From NCBI RefSeq assembly GCF_000711695.1, contig NW_013547016.1, positions 1 through 64,000 on the forward strand: a DNA stretch of 64,000 nt, read 5' to 3'. Positions 60,580 through 64,000 of the stretch are shown here, piece by piece (position 1 is the stretch's first letter; every line of letters starts with the position of its first letter). The position numbers and the translations under genes are program-made. The notes below the pieces were generated by a model. The model saw only the letters and a program-made list of their open reading frames with translations. It was not told the DNA's origin and searched no databases. Source of the stretch: Tilletiaria anomala UBC 951 (Eukaryota).

Positions 60580-63394
60580 CTATGTGCGAATGCCTTTCTT
60601 GTTCGCCGCTGGCGCCTGCAGGATCGCGGGTCCGGATGGTGGCAGCGGCTGGCTTGTGCTGTTCCTCTTGAGCTTCAGCTTCAATCCTCCGCCGCTCTTC
60701 TCCTTCGCCCCACCAGCACTGGCGGCTTGTGCTTGTGCCTCTGCCAAATCCGAGTTGGCCATCTGCGCACGCAGCGCTGCAGCGGCTGCCGAAACAGACA
60801 TCTGGTCAGGCGACTTGCTTCGCGAGAGCCTGCGCGCAGCGACCTGTTCGGCGGAGACGACGGGCGTGCTGCTGCCTGAGCGCGGGGGCGGGTAGCAGAT
60901 CTCCTCGCAGTTCGCCTCGGCGAGCTCGCCGCAGGCAACGTGCGTCTTGTACGGGCAGTCGTCGCAGTCGAGGAAAGGCTTCCAGCCAATACGCTTGCCA
61001 CACACCCAGCATTTGGCCAAGGCGTTGGTCAGCATGATGGCCGGCGGGAGAAGGCTGCCGAATGCAGAGCCGGCAATTCCGCTCGCGGCGGCTGTCGCGG
61101 CAGCAGTGAGGTTGCTGGGCCGCTTCATGCCGTTCTTGACGAGCGTGAAGCGGTGAGGAAGCGGGGCCGGCGTGGGTGCTGCATCTCTGCTGTTCAAGCT
61201 AGTGCCCTCTGCGGCTGCACCAACACCGTCATCGGCATGGACGCGGGCGGCGCGGATGGAAGAGGCGATCGTAGCGTTAGCGAGCGACGGCGTGCGGGCT
61301 GTCATGAACGAACCCTGTGGCGTGGTTTCATCGAGCTGGCCGAGGAAATTGCTGCTGCTAGCACCGCCTCCGACGACGTTACCATCTGCATCGCGACGCG
61401 GTCGTTGCAATCCCTTGCGGACGGTTAGAGCCGACCCTGCTCCAATCTCGTCGCTGGCATCGGTGCCGCCTCCTGCGGCTCGCGCTACTTTGCCACTTTC
61501 ACCTTGCTGTCTGGCCGTAAGAACGCTCATGGCGGATGCAAGCGGTGCATGTGTATGGGAAACCTTGCTGGAGCGAATGACAGAGGTGCTGTAATCAGCG
61601 TCTTTGTCGCCGCCCTTGACGGTAAGAATGGAGGACAATCGCGCTGGTGGAGTTGCGTCGATGTTGATGATGCTGCTGCTCTCTCCAGCACCTACAGACG
61701 CTGGCGCTACACCCTTGCCTTTAATCCAGCTGGCGTTGATGCTGGGCAGCGATTCGCGTTCGTCGTCGCTCCACCACGGGTTGCCATGGCCGGAGACCTT
61801 GAACGTCGAGCCGGCCTTAATGGTATCGACAATGCTGATCTTGCCGCCTCTGCGCAGCGTTAACGAGACCTTGCTGCCCGCTGCCAGGTTGAGCGGGACG
61901 TGCTCGCCGCTCACAGGGTCTTTGGTATCGATGCCAATCTGCTCTAGCGCGGCAATAGCCTCATTCATGTCATCCGAGCTGGTGCTGTCTTCCGACGGTG
62001 TGCGCCGCAGGTGCTTCTCCTTCGCTGCTGCGACTGCCGCATTGCTTGCCTTGACGTCCACCTGTCCGCTAAAGCTCGGCATCTTGGGCGAGAGCCCATG
62101 CCGATCAGCCTTGCCACCCTTACCGCCTGCTGCTGCTGCGCCCTTGCGCTGCTTTCCGCCGGCCTTGGAGCCCATGACGGCATGCAGCGAGCTGCCGCGT
62201 ATGCTTCCGACGGCATACGCCAGCGCTGCCTCGCCCGCCTTCTGAGCCTGCTCCATCTCGCGACGGACGACATCGCTCTCGATGAGGCGCAGACGCCGCA
62301 CGACCTCGCGCATGCCGGGTCGGCGCGCGGGGTCCTCGTCGACGCAGTCGAGCGCGAGCTGGATGAACTCGGGCGGACAACCGTCAGACGCCAAGTCGTA
62401 CACCTCATCGGCGTTAACGCCGAACGAGGGCATCTCACGCTTGAATGTGTTGGCGTCGACGAGGTGCCGCGAGAGGATCTCGCAGAAGATGATGCCGAGC
62501 GAGAAAATATCCGAGGGGAGCGAAAAGTCGATGCCCATCAGAATCTCAGGCGACATGTAGCCGTCTGTGCCGCAGTACTGAGCATGGAAGGAAAAGGCAG
62601 TTGTCAGCATCCAGGGCTCTGGCGATAGCCGCCGTGGTCACTCGCAGAAACACTCACGCTGATCCGCCGCATCTCTTCCTCATTGCGCGCGGCAATGCGC
62701 GCAAAGCCAAAGTCACAGACTTTGATGCGGTCATTGGCAGTGATCAGCAGGTTCTCGCCCTTGAGGTCGCGATGCATGCAGTTCCTCGCGTGCAGATACG
62801 CAAGCGCGCGCGCAATATCCGTCGCGAAGGAAAGGCGCAGGCGCCACGGGAACGCTTTTCGTGTCTGTGAAAGCGTACGAATATTCCAGGAGATAAAGAC
62901 TGTAAGCGCTCGATTTCATAGCGTGCAAAGCCAGCAGGATCCGCGGCCAGAAGCGCAACTCACATCAGCGATGAAGCTTCGCAGGTTGCCGCCGACGAAT
63001 TCGGAGATGATGTAGATACGGCCATCAGGCTCTGGTGACTTGGTGAGGCCAATGTACTGTACAATGTTCGGATGTCGCGCTTCCCTGTAGAACAGCGCAG
63101 CGAATGTAAGAAAGCATGTTTTTCGCAAACCATCCGAAATGGTGTGACGGCCGATCGACAGTAGACCGGCCGCCCGTCTACGCTTTCAACTCACTTCATC
63201 AGCACACACTCGCGCTCAAAGTACTTTTCGACATCGTACGTGTTATTCGGCAGGACCTCCTTGATTGCTACCTGTGTACCTAGGTACTCGCCCTTGAAGA
63301 CGACGCCAAAAGAGCCGCCACCGATCTTGACCCACTTGTCGCTCCCGTCGGGGCCGGTCAAGTCCGAGAACGAGATGACGTCGAAGCGATCCAT
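60580..63394 (-). CDS. TKL/LISK (LIMK/TESK-like) protein kinase with C-terminal C1 domain
   Basis: KIGGGSFGVVFKG, VAIKE, EARHPNIVQYIG, HRDLKGENLL, DFGFAR, YCGTDGYMSPE and CVDEDPARRP; C1-like HRF...CWVC...CDDCPYKTHVAC...C. Three introns. Confidence 0.93.
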
Positions 63395-64000
63395 GACTGG
63401 TTACTCCTCCCTCTGTGTCTCCTCTCCTGTGGCTGTGGCGGTCTCTCTGTTGTCCGTGCGTCACTCAAGGCCGGGTGCTCGATAGTGTAATGCTGCTGCG
63501 CACAGAGGACGCTCTCAAAGGATAATGTTTGCGTGCGCTCGCGTGTGGGTGTGAGACTTCCGAGCGTGATTTGCGAGCCAAAAGCTATCATAGCATGCTG
63601 ATGCGTCGTATCGGATGTCGTGTGAGAGACGATGACGATGCGGGGAAACGAGAGGGGAGATGGAGCGTCGGAAAGCGAAAGCCACCGGTTGGAGGCCAGC
63701 GTCGTGTTTGATGAGCCTGTCGTGTGTCTATCAAGCTGTACGTCAGTGCGGATGCCAAGGCTAAGGATAGAAGGCGAGTTTGAAGCACAAGCAACTGTGC
63801 AGGTTGATATGTGCGACCACGCACTCCTCTCTGTCGGAACTAGAGCGTCGTCGTGGATGGATCGTTAAGACGTGAGTGACCGCCCGACGAGCTGAGTGTC
63901 AGGCAAACGCTGCGGTGACCAGCAGATGAGCAGACCTATGCGCCCGGTGCTGGTCGTGGTCCTTTTGGAGGGGAGGGGCAAGCTGATATCGCAATAGGAG

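Noticed and set aside
63243..63464. Apparent overlapping uORF before the kinase
   Set aside because: It starts at GTG, an artefact of the ORF track's alternative start codons.

Overview
Intron-rich, GC-rich eukaryotic DNA from a basidiomycete fungus, probably smut-related (Ustilaginomycotina). This is inferred from gene content, roughly 65-110 nt GT-AG introns and compact spacing. I can reconstruct 18 protein-coding genes: FOX2/MFE2, a DHHC palmitoyltransferase, a DUF2985-type membrane protein, SAC1, a peroxisomal alpha/beta hydrolase, a HotDog thioesterase, an UNC-93-like MFS transporter, LCP5, ESF1, a PTC6-like PP2C, MGM101, trimethyllysine dioxygenase, an RWD-RBR E3 ligase, XRN2/RAT1, a kelch single-pass membrane protein, ataxin-10, an NF-YC-like histone-fold protein and VPS20. 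A LISK-type kinase with a C1 domain makes a nineteenth. Gene-poor stretches (1-2.5 kb, 6.5-10.2 kb, 27-28.8 kb, 57.5-60 kb) contain decayed coding remnants, including a probable F-box/LRR pseudogene and a possible copia-like relic. I found no tRNA, rRNA or CRISPR array and no clearly novel multi-gene system. The notable points are architectural: convergent genes with overlapping stop codons, functionally matched adjacent gene pairs, micro-exons, three 69-nt stop-free in-frame introns, AAG splice acceptors, and a repeat-containing prion-like tail on XRN2. All gene identities come from recalled motifs, not database searches.
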